A stretch of DNA of 64,000 nucleotides from an uncultured Candidatus Entotheonella sp. (GCA_965217185.1 OZ244252.1:288001-352000); one strand, 5' to 3'; shown: positions 18,881 through 28,865, counted from the stretch's first letter. The notes: generated by a model not told the origin, from the sequence alone. Made by a program: numbers and translations.

Positions 18881-18977
18881 AGAAAGCTTGTCCGGGGGCA
18901 GGCATTCTGCCACAATCGCCGCATCGCCTCGAGGTTTCGACACGCCAACGACATCAGGGAAATGAAGGAGAAAGTTC

Positions 18978-19715
18978 ATGCGCGAAAACCGCGTCAAGCG
19001 CCAATTGCAAGCGGGCCAGACGGCGATTGCCGTCTCTGGCCATCACAATGCGGACATGATCGATTTTCTCGGACAATTCGGCTTCGACGGCGTATGGCTT
19101 GAGGGCGAGCACGGCCCCGTGGATTGGGACGCCATCGGTGACATGTCGCGCGCCTGCGACCTGTGGGGCATGGCGTCGGTGACGCGCGTGAACAACAACG
19201 ATCCCGGTACCATCATGCGCGCCCTCGACCGCGGCACCATGGGCATCGTGGTGCCGCACGTCAACACCCGCGAGGCCGCCGAGCAGGCCATGAAGTCGGC
19301 CAAATACGCTCCCGTCGGCTATCGCGGCATGTTCGGCGGCCGGCAGTCCTTCGGGGTGCCGGATTATTTCCAGCACGCCAACGATCAAACCCTCATCGTC
19401 GTGCTGATCGAGGAAATCGATGCCGTCAACAACCTCGCCGAAATTCTCGCCGTGGACGACATCGACGTGTTCTTCGTCGCCCCCGCCGACCTCGCCCAGA
19501 CCATGGGCCACATCGGCAACCATACCCACCCGGACGTGCAAGCCACCATCGACAAAGCCCTGGCCCAGATCGTCGCTGCTGGCAAAACGGCGGGCACGCT
19601 GGCGACGGACGACAACGTAGAACGTTATCGCGACGCCGGGGTGCGCTTCTTCCTGACCGGCTGGACCAATTGGGTATCGCAGGGTGCCAAGGCTTTCCTG
19701 CAGAAAGTTCGGTAA
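18978..19715 (+). CDS. HpcH/HpaI aldolase family
   Basis: GFDGVWLEGEHG, ALDRG..GIVVPHV, KYAPVGYRG, VFFVAPADL. Confidence 0.88.
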   Translation: MRENRVKRQLQAGQTAIAVSGHHNADMIDFLGQFGFDGVWLEGEHGPVDWDAIGDMSRACDLWGMASVTRVNNNDPGTIMRALDRGTMGIVVPHVNTREAAEQAMKSAKYAPVGYRGMFGGRQSFGVPDYFQHANDQTLIVVLIEEIDAVNNLAEILAVDDIDVFFVAPADLAQTMGHIGNHTHPDVQATIDKALAQIVAAGKTAGTLATDDNVERYRDAGVRFFLTGWTNWVSQGAKAFLQKVR

Positions 19716-19732
19716 CCAACGGCATGTCGGAT

Positions 19733-19763
19733 TGTCGGATTACGCTGCGCTAATCCGACCTGC
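19733..19763. repeat. GTAG-type REP, family B
   Basis: TGTCGGATTACGCTGCGCTAATCCGACCTGC; copies at 43517-43547 and, reversed, 42350-42380. Confidence 0.75.
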
Positions 19764-20912
19764 TTAGCCCTTCTTCAACGCCGGAATTACGTCTCGTCCC
19801 AGCAACTCCAGCGATCGCATGGTTGCCTTGTGCGGCATGGCGCCGGCCTGCGCCTCCAGCAGCAGAGAGCCGAAACCGAGCCGTTCCCGCATGTGGCTGA
19901 GCTTTTCCAGCACGGTCTGCGGGCTGCCCACCACCAAGTGATAAGCGTCCTGCAATTCCTCGTAAGTAAGCATGTGCAACGGCTTGCGGTCACCGCTCGG
20001 CGCGCCGCCGCGGTGCGGGCGCAGGGGCCGCCGGCGTCCGAGGTATCCCGGCGGTGCCCAGTACTCCACGGGGCCGCGCAGCGGATGCCCCATGCGCCAC
20101 AGGTAGTGCTTGCCGATCTCCTGCGCCTCCTCGTCCGTGTCCGCGCAAACGCAACACACCATGTAGGCGAAATTGTCCGAGGTGGCCTCGTAGCCGACCT
20201 CGGCAGCGTGCTCGCGGTAGGCGTCGTACAGGCGCACCGTGGCGTCCATCGGCACCAGAAACGCGGCGTAGGTGTAGCCGTGCTTCGCCGCCCACACGAT
20301 AGTCTCCGGGCTGCCCGTGCCCGGCACCCAGATCGGCGGGTGCGGCTTTTGCACCGGCAGCACCCAGGGATTGATGACCCGGAAGTGGTAGTGGGTGCCT
20401 TCCCAGCGAAACGGCCCGGGCCGCGTCCAGGCGGCCAGCATGAGGTCGTGGCATTCCTCGAAGCGCTCGCGGTTGTGGTTCGGGATGTTGTTGTTGGCCC
20501 ACGACTCGATGCCGATGCCGCGCACCACCCCGGCGATGATGCGGCCGCCGGAAATCACGTCCGCCATGGCCACCTCTTCGGCGAGGCGCACCGGGTTGTC
20601 GGTCGTCGGCAGCATGTTGCCCAGCAGCAGAATTTTCGCCCGCTTGGTGACCCGCCCCAGCACTGCGGCGGACAGATTGACCGCCACGTCCATGCACGAC
20701 GGCGTGTTGTGGTGCTCGTTGATCATCAGGCCGTCGAACCCCACCTCTTCGGCCCATTGATACTGGTCAAAATAGTCCCTGAACAAGCCGTGCGCCGTGT
20801 CGGCGTCGAAGTACGAGTTGGGGAAGGTGAGGCGCATGGAGGGATAGCGCTCCGCTTCCGTTTCGTCGAAGGCGGCGTAGGGCATTTCGGTGAAGTAGTA
20901 GACATCGACCAT
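19764..20912 (-). CDS. LLM-class flavin-dependent oxidoreductase
   Basis: GFDGLMINEHH, NPVRLAEEVAMADVISGGR, PVQKPHPPIW. Confidence 0.9.
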   Translation of the reverse strand: MVDVYYFTEMPYAAFDETEAERYPSMRLTFPNSYFDADTAHGLFRDYFDQYQWAEEVGFDGLMINEHHNTPSCMDVAVNLSAAVLGRVTKRAKILLLGNMLPTTDNPVRLAEEVAMADVISGGRIIAGVVRGIGIESWANNNIPNHNRERFEECHDLMLAAWTRPGPFRWEGTHYHFRVINPWVLPVQKPHPPIWVPGTGSPETIVWAAKHGYTYAAFLVPMDATVRLYDAYREHAAEVGYEATSDNFAYMVCCVCADTDEEAQEIGKHYLWRMGHPLRGPVEYWAPPGYLGRRRPLRPHRGGAPSGDRKPLHMLTYEELQDAYHLVVGSPQTVLEKLSHMRERLGFGSLLLEAQAGAMPHKATMRSLELLGRDVIPALKKG

Positions 20913-20930
20913 CGTCGTCTCCTTATCCCA

Positions 20931-21722
20931 TCAATCCGCGGTGAGGAAGGGCAGAACGGCAGCGAGGAATGCGTCGGGCCTTTCGACTTGCGGCGAGTGG
21001 CCGCAGTGGTCGATCACGGTCAGCCCGGCACCGGGAATGGCTTGCTGGTACAGGTCGCCGCACTCGACCGGCACGATGGCGTCCTGCTTGCCCCAGACGA
21101 TCAGCGTTGGCAGTTTCACCTGGGCCATCAGGTGGGGCATCTTGGGGTTGTGCATGTAGGGCTTCCAGGTCAGCAGGGCGGCCATTTCGCGGTCCCAAGC
21201 GGCGGTCTGACGAGCCTCGTCGGTCGGCTCCTGGCCGAACAGGGCGTCGTAGTCCGGCACTTGCGTGGTGTCGTAGAACCGCAGCGCGTTCATTTCCTCG
21301 GTGCTCAGCAGAAAGATGTCGGTAATTTCAGAGTCTTGGGGCTTCATGCCGGCGGCGCCGACCAGCACCATGCGGCTGAGGAGCGCCGGGTACATGGCGG
21401 CCATTTCCGCCGCCAGCCAGCCGCCCATGGAAAAGCCGACCACCGGCAGCGGACCGAGCCCCTGGTCCTCCATGAACCAGCGGTAGAAATAGGCCAGATC
21501 GTGCACCCGTTCCATCCAGTCGGGCCGGTCCGAGGCGCCGAAACCGGGGTGCGACGGGGCGATCACCCGAAAATGTGCTGCCAGTGCCTCGCAGTACGGC
21601 ATCCAGCCCGGATTGCCGCCGGCTCCGTGCAGCACCAGAAGCGGCTCGCCGCTGCCGCCGCTGAAGACCTGGGTGTCAAGGCCCGCAACGCGTATCGTTT
21701 CTTCCTGCCAATTGCTCGCCAC
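20931..21722 (-). CDS. Alpha/beta hydrolase
   Basis: LHGAGG, HPGFGAS, GFSMGG, WGKQD, CGHSPQVE. Confidence 0.9.
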   Translation of the reverse strand: MASNWQEETIRVAGLDTQVFSGGSGEPLLVLHGAGGNPGWMPYCEALAAHFRVIAPSHPGFGASDRPDWMERVHDLAYFYRWFMEDQGLGPLPVVGFSMGGWLAAEMAAMYPALLSRMVLVGAAGMKPQDSEITDIFLLSTEEMNALRFYDTTQVPDYDALFGQEPTDEARQTAAWDREMAALLTWKPYMHNPKMPHLMAQVKLPTLIVWGKQDAIVPVECGDLYQQAIPGAGLTVIDHCGHSPQVERPDAFLAAVLPFLTAD

Positions 21723-21748
21723 GCTGGTTCTCCTTCAAGCACGCGCCG

Positions 21749-22210
21749 CTACGCCAATTCGCCGACGACGCGCAGCATCTCCTGCGGGTCCGGCAGGATG
21801 CCCGGCGAATAGGTCTGCCGGTAGCGGATGACGCCGTTTTTGTCGATGATAATCACCCCGCGCCGCGAGGTGCCCCGCTCCTCGTTCCACAGATCGTACG
21901 CCTGCGCCACCTGCCCCTTCGGGTGCCAATCCGACATCTCCGGGTACGGCAAGCCGCCCATGGTGGCGGCCCAGGCCCGATGCGCAGCAACGTGATCACA
22001 GCTAATCCCCAGCACCTGGGTATCCAGCTCCTCCAGCCGGTCGTGAATACGCCGGAAGGAGACCGCCTGCTCGGTTCAGCCGCCGGTGAAATCGAAAACG
22101 TGGAAGGAGAGAATCACGTGCTTTTGCCCGCGGTACTGGCTCAGGGTGATGTCGCCGCCGGTCGATGGAAGGGTAAACTCAGGCGCCGTCTGACCCACTT
22201 CACCTGCCAT
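21749..22210 (-). CDS. Selenocysteine-containing peroxiredoxin (AhpC/AhpE-like), 153 aa with in-frame TGA at codon 45
   Basis: MAGEVGQTAPEFTLPSTGG..SFHVFDFTGG-TGA(22078-22076)-TEQAVSF..VLGISCD..RRGVIIIDKNGVIRY; TGA occupies the peroxidatic Cys position; RBS AAGGA upstream. Confidence 0.85.
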
Positions 22211-22418
22211 GGTGTGTCCTTTCCGTTAAGGATTTGCGTGAGGGTGTGCGGCTCCAGGTTCGGGAGCGGCGACAGTATAGCGTAATTCAGGTTGGCCGCC
22301 TAAAGCGCCGTGGCCGTTAAGCAAAGCGTTGTTTTTGCTTGACTCACCTGGAGCAGAGGCATAGTGTGGCGGCCTCATATCGGTCCATCGTTCTTGGAAT
22401 TGCGTAGGGAGGGTTAAG

Positions 22419-23669
22419 ATGGCAAAGCCAGTCAGTCACGTGGTAACACGACCGGGAAGGCGACAGGGTGATCCGGACGTCACCATTCCTGTTGCCGAAG
22501 AACTCGCCACTGTACCTGGAATTCCTCTCAAGGAAGAAGACCTCAGCTTTTACAGCCGGGTGTATCCTCAGGAAACGCAGAACATCGAGAAAGCCGCCGA
22601 CCGCGAGTGGGTATGGACGGTCTACAGCGACGAGATGGCCGCCTACCGGCGCTATCACGATGAAGTCAGCGAGCCGCTCATCGACGCTGCCGCGGTTTCC
22701 GGCGATCTCGAGCCGACCGGCACGCCGGACCCGGAGCTGAACGTCACCGAGGCCATTCGCAGCAAAGCCCGCGAACTGGGATTCAACGAAGCTGGCTTCA
22801 CCAAGCACGACAAGCGCTTCACCTACACCCGCAAGAAACGCTGGACCAAATACCCGCACGCGATTTGCCTGGCCCTGGAACAGGATTACGTGCAGACGCA
22901 ATCGATCCCCAGCATGGACGCGGAGTACGCCCACTTCGGCACCTACGAGATGGAAGGCGCGTTCCTGCTGGACCTGGCCGACTACATCCGCTCGCTGGGC
23001 TACCACGCGCAGGTGCACAGCCCCAATGACAACAGCGCTCCGTATATTCCCATGTTCGTCAGCGCGGGGCTGGGCCAACTCGGCGCCAACGGCCAGTTGC
23101 TGTCGCCGCACTTCGGGTCGCGCGCCCGTTTGGCGATGATCACCACCGACGCGCCGGTGACGCACGACGAGCCCGTCGATTACGGCATTCACGAGTTCTG
23201 CCAGCGCTGCCAAGTATGCGCCAATCGCTGCCCCGGCCGCGCCATCGTGCGCGACAAGGTGTGGTGGCGCGGTGTCGAGAAGAACAAGCTGATCTACGAG
23301 CGTTGCCGCCCGGTGATGGCCCGCTACGAAGGCTGTGCCGTGTGCATGAAGACCTGCCCGATTCAGCGCTTCGGCATGCCCGCCGTCATGGAACACTTCG
23401 TCGAGACCGGCGAGGTGCTCGGCAAGGGCACGCACCTGTTGGAAGGCTACACCTTCAAGGAAAAGGGCTACCACGGCCCCGGCGAGTTGCCGCAGTTCGA
23501 CCGGCAGTTCTTCGAAATCCCGCACGGGCGCAAGGAAGACTGGCTGTTCGAGCAGTTCAAGGAGCGTCTGATGAAGGAAGGGGTCCCCGAGGAGGGCGGC
23601 CTGCAGGAATTCGCGCAGCAGGTCAAGGTCATTCTGGATCAGGGGAATTCGACCATCGGCGATGAGTAG
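22419..23669 (+). CDS. Reductive-dehalogenase/QueG-like cobalamin 2x[4Fe-4S] protein
   Basis: AGLGQLGANGQLLSPHFGSRARL..TDAP, CQRCQVCANRCP, CAVCMKTCP; no TAT signal. Confidence 0.75.
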   Translation: MAKPVSHVVTRPGRRQGDPDVTIPVAEELATVPGIPLKEEDLSFYSRVYPQETQNIEKAADREWVWTVYSDEMAAYRRYHDEVSEPLIDAAAVSGDLEPTGTPDPELNVTEAIRSKARELGFNEAGFTKHDKRFTYTRKKRWTKYPHAICLALEQDYVQTQSIPSMDAEYAHFGTYEMEGAFLLDLADYIRSLGYHAQVHSPNDNSAPYIPMFVSAGLGQLGANGQLLSPHFGSRARLAMITTDAPVTHDEPVDYGIHEFCQRCQVCANRCPGRAIVRDKVWWRGVEKNKLIYERCRPVMARYEGCAVCMKTCPIQRFGMPAVMEHFVETGEVLGKGTHLLEGYTFKEKGYHGPGELPQFDRQFFEIPHGRKEDWLFEQFKERLMKEGVPEEGGLQEFAQQVKVILDQGNSTIGDE

Positions 23670-23703
23670 GTTTCAACTGACGATTTGACGAATGAAGTAA
23701 CGC

Positions 23704-23739
23704 ACGGGGCCAGCGCGGTTAGCTGGCCCCGTTGTGTTT
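23704..23739 (+). terminator. Intrinsic terminator-like hairpin
   Basis: ACGGGGCCAGC-gcggtta-GCTGGCCCCGT then TGTGTTT. Confidence 0.7.
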
Positions 23740-23763
23740 CCGGTATCAGAAGGAGGGAAGGGG

Positions 23764-23949
23764 ATGTTTGAGAAGGACCATCTGGACGCCTTGTTTGCCG
23801 AACTGGACAGCGAATGGCGCGGCTCCGTCGATTTCGACCAACTAACCCGCGACGCTCACCTCGGCATCGCCCTCAGCGACGCCGGCCGGCCCTTGGAGGA
23901 CCGTATCGACCCGCGTGTGGTCGTGCTGATCGACAAGCATAAGCCGTAA
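23764..23949 (+). CDS. Small hypothetical protein
   Basis: RBS AGGAGG upstream of MFEKDHL; GC-rich codon usage. Confidence 0.5.
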   Translation: MFEKDHLDALFAELDSEWRGSVDFDQLTRDAHLGIALSDAGRPLEDRIDPRVVVLIDKHKP

Positions 23950-24474
23950 TGCCCAGCCGCTTCCGTGCGACCGCCCGGCCGCACGGAAAATCCCACTACG
24001 CAAGGCCATTTCGAGGTTTCTTTCCGTTCTATACTCCTGACTTCTGGACGGCGCGGGTAGAGAAGGCTACGACTCGGACGTGCAAACGGAGGGAACGTGA
24101 CTGACCTTCAACCTGTCACCTTGGCTCAACTGCTGCAAAAGTGGTCGTGACGGCCGGTGTCGGCTTGGCGCAATGTGCCCTGATATGGACGGGCTTGCGA
24201 CAAATGCGGCTGGCATCGGCGGCAAGAGATCGGCAACTGGATGCTCAGGACCGGAAGACAGATGCTCAACTGGAAGCGCTCTCGGTTCTCATTGAGCGCA
24301 CCGGCAGTAAAGGTACGGCCTGAGTGGGGTGCCCGCCGATTTCTTAGCCGGATTCGGGATGGCGCAGGGATTGCTGGAGTCGGTGCAGTCCGCCATTCCC
24401 TGTCGCGGCGCCATTGTAATTCTGGTAGTCAACATCCCAAGTGCTCTAGGGGAATCTGCTCGCGGTCTGTGGCT

Positions 24475-24936
24475 TTATGCCTGAAGTTCCGCCAGACATG
24501 CCTGCCAGCGGCGCGACAACTCTTCGAGGCACTGCTGCGCTGAATCCACCCGCCCGTCGCCGTGCTGGAAGATTGATGTGTTGTGATCGGTCAGGCTCCG
24601 CGCCGCGGTGCGCAGGCGCGCCTGTGCCTGCTCCATCTGATCAGCCAACTGCGCCACGGTGCGTCCGGTAAAGCGGCCAACCGCGCGGGCGTCCATCTCG
24701 TCGTCTGGGGCATGGATGCGGACCGGCGTGCCGCCCGCGGCTACCGATTCCATGCCGTCGGCGGCCGTTGCGCTCCACCACACAATCTGGCACAGCGTCT
24801 CTCGCGGCCCGTACGCTCCCATTTTGATCGTGCCCTCGGCTTCCAACTGACGAAGTTGTGTCAGTCCCGTCTCAACCTGTTTATCCAACGCTGTAATCAG
24901 GTCGTCAATCGATAGCGTCTCTGTCATGTGAAGCAT
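24475..24936 (-). CDS. Hypothetical protein (DinB-like helical bundle possible)
   Basis: RBS AGGAGG; GAYGPRETLCQIVWW pattern. Confidence 0.55.
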   Translation of the reverse strand: MLHMTETLSIDDLITALDKQVETGLTQLRQLEAEGTIKMGAYGPRETLCQIVWWSATAADGMESVAAGGTPVRIHAPDDEMDARAVGRFTGRTVAQLADQMEQAQARLRTAARSLTDHNTSIFQHGDGRVDSAQQCLEELSRRWQACLAELQA

Positions 24937-25182
24937 CCCCTCCTAAGGTCCCGTCATTGATCGTTTGCCAGCATGCGGAAAGCCTGATAGTGCGTTGTTA
25001 TAGACGCGGCATGGGCGGGTGTCAACAAAGCCGGACGTGTGAAAAGGTCGCAATATGTGTAGACATTCACAAACGGATGGGCTATAGAAAACGCGAGTTT
25101 CTGACATGAATTCAGGCGCTGATCCGCCCGCCGGAATGGGGGTCGACAGGCCGCCACGCCGGACACTAGAGGAGGCAAAACT

Positions 25183-25539
25183 GTGGAAGAGCGAACGATA
25201 CTGACGGCACTGGGGAATATCGTGGATTCTCTTGGGACGTTGTCGCTCGTTGCGACAGCGCCGGACGATCCCTTGGCGCTGCCGGAGCCTCCAGGCCCGG
25301 GGCAGATCGCGGCGTATGAGACGCACGTCAGCGCGGTCAAAGACCAAGTGGATGCGAGCTACCACGATCTGCTGGCCATGTCGGTGCGGGATTACCAGGC
25401 GGGCTACGCCGACCGCGCGGGGTTGTACCTGCTGGAGTTCCTGGGCAAGCTCAAGGAAGAGCCCGACTATGACCGGAAATTTTCCGTCGAGGGTCAGCGC
25501 ACCCTGGCCACGTATGTCGCCGACCTGCGGGAGCTTTAG
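25183..25539 (+). CDS. Hypothetical protein
   Basis: RBS GAGGAGG before GTG; host-like codon usage. Confidence 0.6.
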   Translation: MEERTILTALGNIVDSLGTLSLVATAPDDPLALPEPPGPGQIAAYETHVSAVKDQVDASYHDLLAMSVRDYQAGYADRAGLYLLEFLGKLKEEPDYDRKFSVEGQRTLATYVADLREL

Positions 25540-25605
25540 GGGCGTCCGCCAACACCGGACAAGACAGCGTCTGACAGATCTGCCATTAACCATCACGTTG
25601 CGGCC

Positions 25606-25662
25606 ATGATCAAGAGCATCAGGCACATGGCGATCCGTAACTACTGGATACGAGGCCAATGA
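25606..25662 (+). pseudogene. 18-codon HigB toxin remnant
   Basis: MIKSIRHMAIRNYWIRGQ* resembles HigB N-termini and overlaps the higA start (ATGA). Confidence 0.55.
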
Positions 25663-25961
25663 TCGACAGACATCCCTCCGTGGCTCCGGTGCATCCCGGA
25701 GAACTCCTGCGCGAGGACGTTCTCCCGGCGCTTTCCACAGCGGCAGCGGTGGCCGAGGCCCTGAAGATATCCCGACAGGCGCTTTACGACATTCTGAATG
25801 AGAAGCAGCCCGTCACCGCTGAGATAGCCGTTCGCTTCGGCAAGCTGTTCGGCAACGGCCCCGGCTTCTGGGTCAATCTGCAACGTGCATACGATTTGGC
25901 GATTGCGCAGCAGTCCGTGGACGTGTCCGAGATACCGACTCTTGAAGTGTGTCCGGGGTAG
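25659..25961 (+). CDS. higA: HigA-family antitoxin
   Basis: PVHPGELLRED, ISRQALYDILNEKQPVTAEIAVR, FWVNLQRAYDL. Confidence 0.9.
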   Translation: MIDRHPSVAPVHPGELLREDVLPALSTAAAVAEALKISRQALYDILNEKQPVTAEIAVRFGKLFGNGPGFWVNLQRAYDLAIAQQSVDVSEIPTLEVCPG

Positions 25962-26008
25962 ATGTCCCTGAACGCATACGGATGTCTTATGGCCTGGGAG
26001 ATGAGATC

Positions 26009-26734
26009 ATGCTTTCGAAATCCGCCGCACGGGCGTTCTTTCTGGTCGGCACCATTGGGTTTTCGGTCATCTTTCTGCTGCTGACGTTCGACACCATCCG
26101 CCGCGTGCCGGAGCAGACCAACGCCGACAACCTGACGCCGCAGGCGATCGCCGGCAAGCACCTGTGGGACAGGAACAACTGCATGGGCTGCCACACCATC
26201 CTGGGCGAGGGTGCCTACTACGCGCCGGAACTGACCAAGGTGTACGAACGGCGCGGGCCGGAGTTCATCAAGGCCATGCTGCGCGATCCGGAGGCCATGT
26301 ATCCCGGCCAGCGGCGCATGGTGAAGTACGACTTCACGGACGAGGAAATGGAGGCCATGGTCGCCTTCCTCAAGTGGATCGGCGAGATGGACCTCAATGG
26401 CTTCCCGCCCGAGCCCACCCTGCTGCCGGTGACGGTGCCGACGGTGGGGCCGGAGGTCGTTGCCGCGGTTTCGCCCCCGCCCAAGGTGTTCAACCAAATT
26501 TGCATCGCCTGCCATAGCCTGGGCGGGCAGGGCGGCGTGGTGGGACCGGCGCTGGACGACGTCGGCAGCCGACTCACCTACGACGACCTCGTGCCGTGGC
26601 TCACCGACCCGCACAAGGTCAAGCCCGACACGGCGATGCCGAAGCTGCCACTGTCGAGCGCCGACATTGCCGAACTCGCCTCCTTTCTGTCCAAGATGAA
26701 GCAACCCGGCGCGGTCAGGGAGGGCACCAACTGA
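26009..26734 (+). CDS. norC: Nitric oxide reductase cytochrome c subunit with extra C-terminal heme c domain
   Basis: N-terminal TM, NNCMGCHTILGEGAYYAPELT, second CIACH..GPAL..TAMP. Confidence 0.88.
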   Translation: MLSKSAARAFFLVGTIGFSVIFLLLTFDTIRRVPEQTNADNLTPQAIAGKHLWDRNNCMGCHTILGEGAYYAPELTKVYERRGPEFIKAMLRDPEAMYPGQRRMVKYDFTDEEMEAMVAFLKWIGEMDLNGFPPEPTLLPVTVPTVGPEVVAAVSPPPKVFNQICIACHSLGGQGGVVGPALDDVGSRLTYDDLVPWLTDPHKVKPDTAMPKLPLSSADIAELASFLSKMKQPGAVREGTN

Positions 26735-28083
26735 TGAAATACCAGTCACAGAGAATCGCCTACTATTTCTTCGCGGTGTCGATGCTGCTGTTGTGCCTGC
26801 AGATCCTCTACGGCTTCATCATGGCGTTTGCGCACGTGGGCTACGACGTGCTGCACGCCGTCATCCCCTTCAACGTGGCGCGCGCCACCCACCTCAACCT
26901 GCTCGTCGTCTGGCTGCTCAGCGGCTTCATGGGAGCGGCGCACTTCATCATTCCCGACGAGACCGGCCAGGAACTGTATTCGACCCCGCTGGCGGTGGCG
27001 CAGCTCGTCAGCCTGGTGCTCGTCGGCGTGGTGGCCATCATCGGCTTTCACTTCCAGTGGTGGGAGGGGCGGAAGTTCCTCGAAATCCCGCGCCCGTTGG
27101 ACTACCTGGTGGTGGTGAACGTCCTGATGTTCGTCGCCAATATCGGCATAACGCTGTGGCGGAGTAGTCGTCGCACCACCACGAGCATCGTGCTGTTCAT
27201 GGGGCTGCTGTCGGCGGCACTGCTGTACCTGCCGGGGATGATCGACACCACCAACCAGACGATGGATTCCTACTGGCGCTGGTGGGTGGTGCACCTGTGG
27301 GTGGAGGGCGTGTGGGAACTCATCATGGGCGCCATCCTGGCGTACCTGCTCATCAAGCTGACCGGCGTCGACCGCGAGATGATCGAGAAGTGGCTGTACC
27401 TCATCGTGGGTCTGACGTTCCTGTCCGGCATTCTGGGCACCGGGCATCATTACTACTACATCGGCACGCCGAGCTACTGGCTGTGGATCGGTGGCATCTT
27501 CAGCGCCCTGGAGCCGCTGGCCTTCTTCGGCATGGCGGCGTACGCGGTGGCGATGGTGCGGCGCGGCGGGCGGCGGCACCCCAACTCCCTGGCGCTGTCG
27601 TGGACGGTGGGCTGCGCCATCATGTCGTTCGTTGGCGCCGGCGTGCTGGGCTTCGCGCACACCCTGCCGCAGATCAACCTGTACACCCACGGCACGCTGG
27701 TGACCGCCATGCACGCGCACCTGGCGTTTTGGGGCGCTTACGCCATGCTGGTGCTCGGCATGATTTCCTACGCCCTGCCGCTGCTCACCGGGCGCAAGCT
27801 CTACAACACCGGCGTTTCGGCCTTTGCCTTCTGGACGTCCAACATCGGCATGGTCAGCATGACGGCGGCCTTCGCCGTAGCCGGGGTAACGCAGGTCTAC
27901 CTCGAACGCCGGGTGGGCATGGATTTTCTCGCCGTCCAAGAGGAGTTGGCGGTGCACTTCTGGGGCGTCGTGCTGGCGGCGGCCCTGTTCACCATTGGCA
28001 TCCTGGCCTTTGTCTACACCTTCGTGAAATCCGGCTGGCCGGTGGGCGAGGTCAATGCGTCGGCGACCCCCGAGTACGCCTGA
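26734..28083 (+). CDS. norB: Nitric oxide reductase catalytic subunit (cNOR)
   Basis: GRKFLE, WWVVHLWVEGVWE, GTGHHYY, ALEP, HAHLAFWGAY. Confidence 0.93.
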   Translation: MKYQSQRIAYYFFAVSMLLLCLQILYGFIMAFAHVGYDVLHAVIPFNVARATHLNLLVVWLLSGFMGAAHFIIPDETGQELYSTPLAVAQLVSLVLVGVVAIIGFHFQWWEGRKFLEIPRPLDYLVVVNVLMFVANIGITLWRSSRRTTTSIVLFMGLLSAALLYLPGMIDTTNQTMDSYWRWWVVHLWVEGVWELIMGAILAYLLIKLTGVDREMIEKWLYLIVGLTFLSGILGTGHHYYYIGTPSYWLWIGGIFSALEPLAFFGMAAYAVAMVRRGGRRHPNSLALSWTVGCAIMSFVGAGVLGFAHTLPQINLYTHGTLVTAMHAHLAFWGAYAMLVLGMISYALPLLTGRKLYNTGVSAFAFWTSNIGMVSMTAAFAVAGVTQVYLERRVGMDFLAVQEELAVHFWGVVLAAALFTIGILAFVYTFVKSGWPVGEVNASATPEYA

Positions 28084-28091
28084 GCGGTGCG

Positions 28092-28865
28092 ATGAGCGTT
28101 CCTTACTACCGACCCATCCAGCGTGAGGTGGAGGTCTTCGAGCACGCCTATCGCAATCAGTTGGCGCTGATGATCAAGGGACCCACGGGCTGCGGCAAAA
28201 CGCGCTTCGTGGAGGCGATGGCGGCGAAGGCCGAACGGCCCCTGGTGACGGTCGCCTGTCACGACGACACCACCGCCACCGACCTGCTGGGGCGCCACCT
28301 CGTGGAGGGCGGCGACACCGTGTGGCAGGACGGGCCGCTGACCCGCGCCATCCGGCAGGGTGCCATTCTGTACCTCGACGAGATCGTCGAAGCGCGCGAA
28401 GATGTGGTCGTGGTGCTGCATTCCCTGGCCGACCATCGCCGTCAAATCTATCTTGACCGCCTGAACGAGACGCTGACCGCCCCCGCCGAATTCATGCTGG
28501 TCATCAGTTTCAACCCCGGTTATCAACGCGGCTTCAAGGAACTCAAGCCCTCCACGCGGCAGCGCTTCGTGGGCCTGAGCTTTCAGTACCCCGAGCCGGC
28601 GGTCGAGGCCGAGATCGTAGCGCAGGAAAGCGGCATCGATCTGGCCATGGCCAAGCGCTTGGTCGCCTTCGCCGGCAAGGTGCGTAATCTGCAGGAATTC
28701 GGCCTCAGCGCCACCGCCTCCACCCGCCTGCTGGCCCACGCGGGCCGTCTCATGCACACCGGCATGCCGCCGCGCACGGCGTGCCACGTCGGCGTCATCG
28801 AGCCTTTGACCGATGACGACGACATCCGCAGTGCCCTGCAAGACACGGCAAACCTGATCCTGTGA
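28092..28865 (+). CDS. norQ: NorQ (CbbQ/NirQ family) AAA+ ATPase
   Basis: KGPTGCGKTRFVE, WQDGPLTRA, YLDEIVEAR, NPGYQ..LKPSTRQRF. Confidence 0.93.
   Translation: MSVPYYRPIQREVEVFEHAYRNQLALMIKGPTGCGKTRFVEAMAAKAERPLVTVACHDDTTATDLLGRHLVEGGDTVWQDGPLTRAIRQGAILYLDEIVEAREDVVVVLHSLADHRRQIYLDRLNETLTAPAEFMLVISFNPGYQRGFKELKPSTRQRFVGLSFQYPEPAVEAEIVAQESGIDLAMAKRLVAFAGKVRNLQEFGLSATASTRLLAHAGRLMHTGMPPRTACHVGVIEPLTDDDDIRSALQDTANLIL

Noticed and set aside
22211..22418. Cobalamin riboswitch upstream of the RdhA-like gene
   Set aside because: Could not identify the B12-box or conserved core by eye
24097..24323. Small membrane-protein ORF with possible frameshift at AAAA (~24137)
   Set aside because: Plausible but too short and without a motif to support a call
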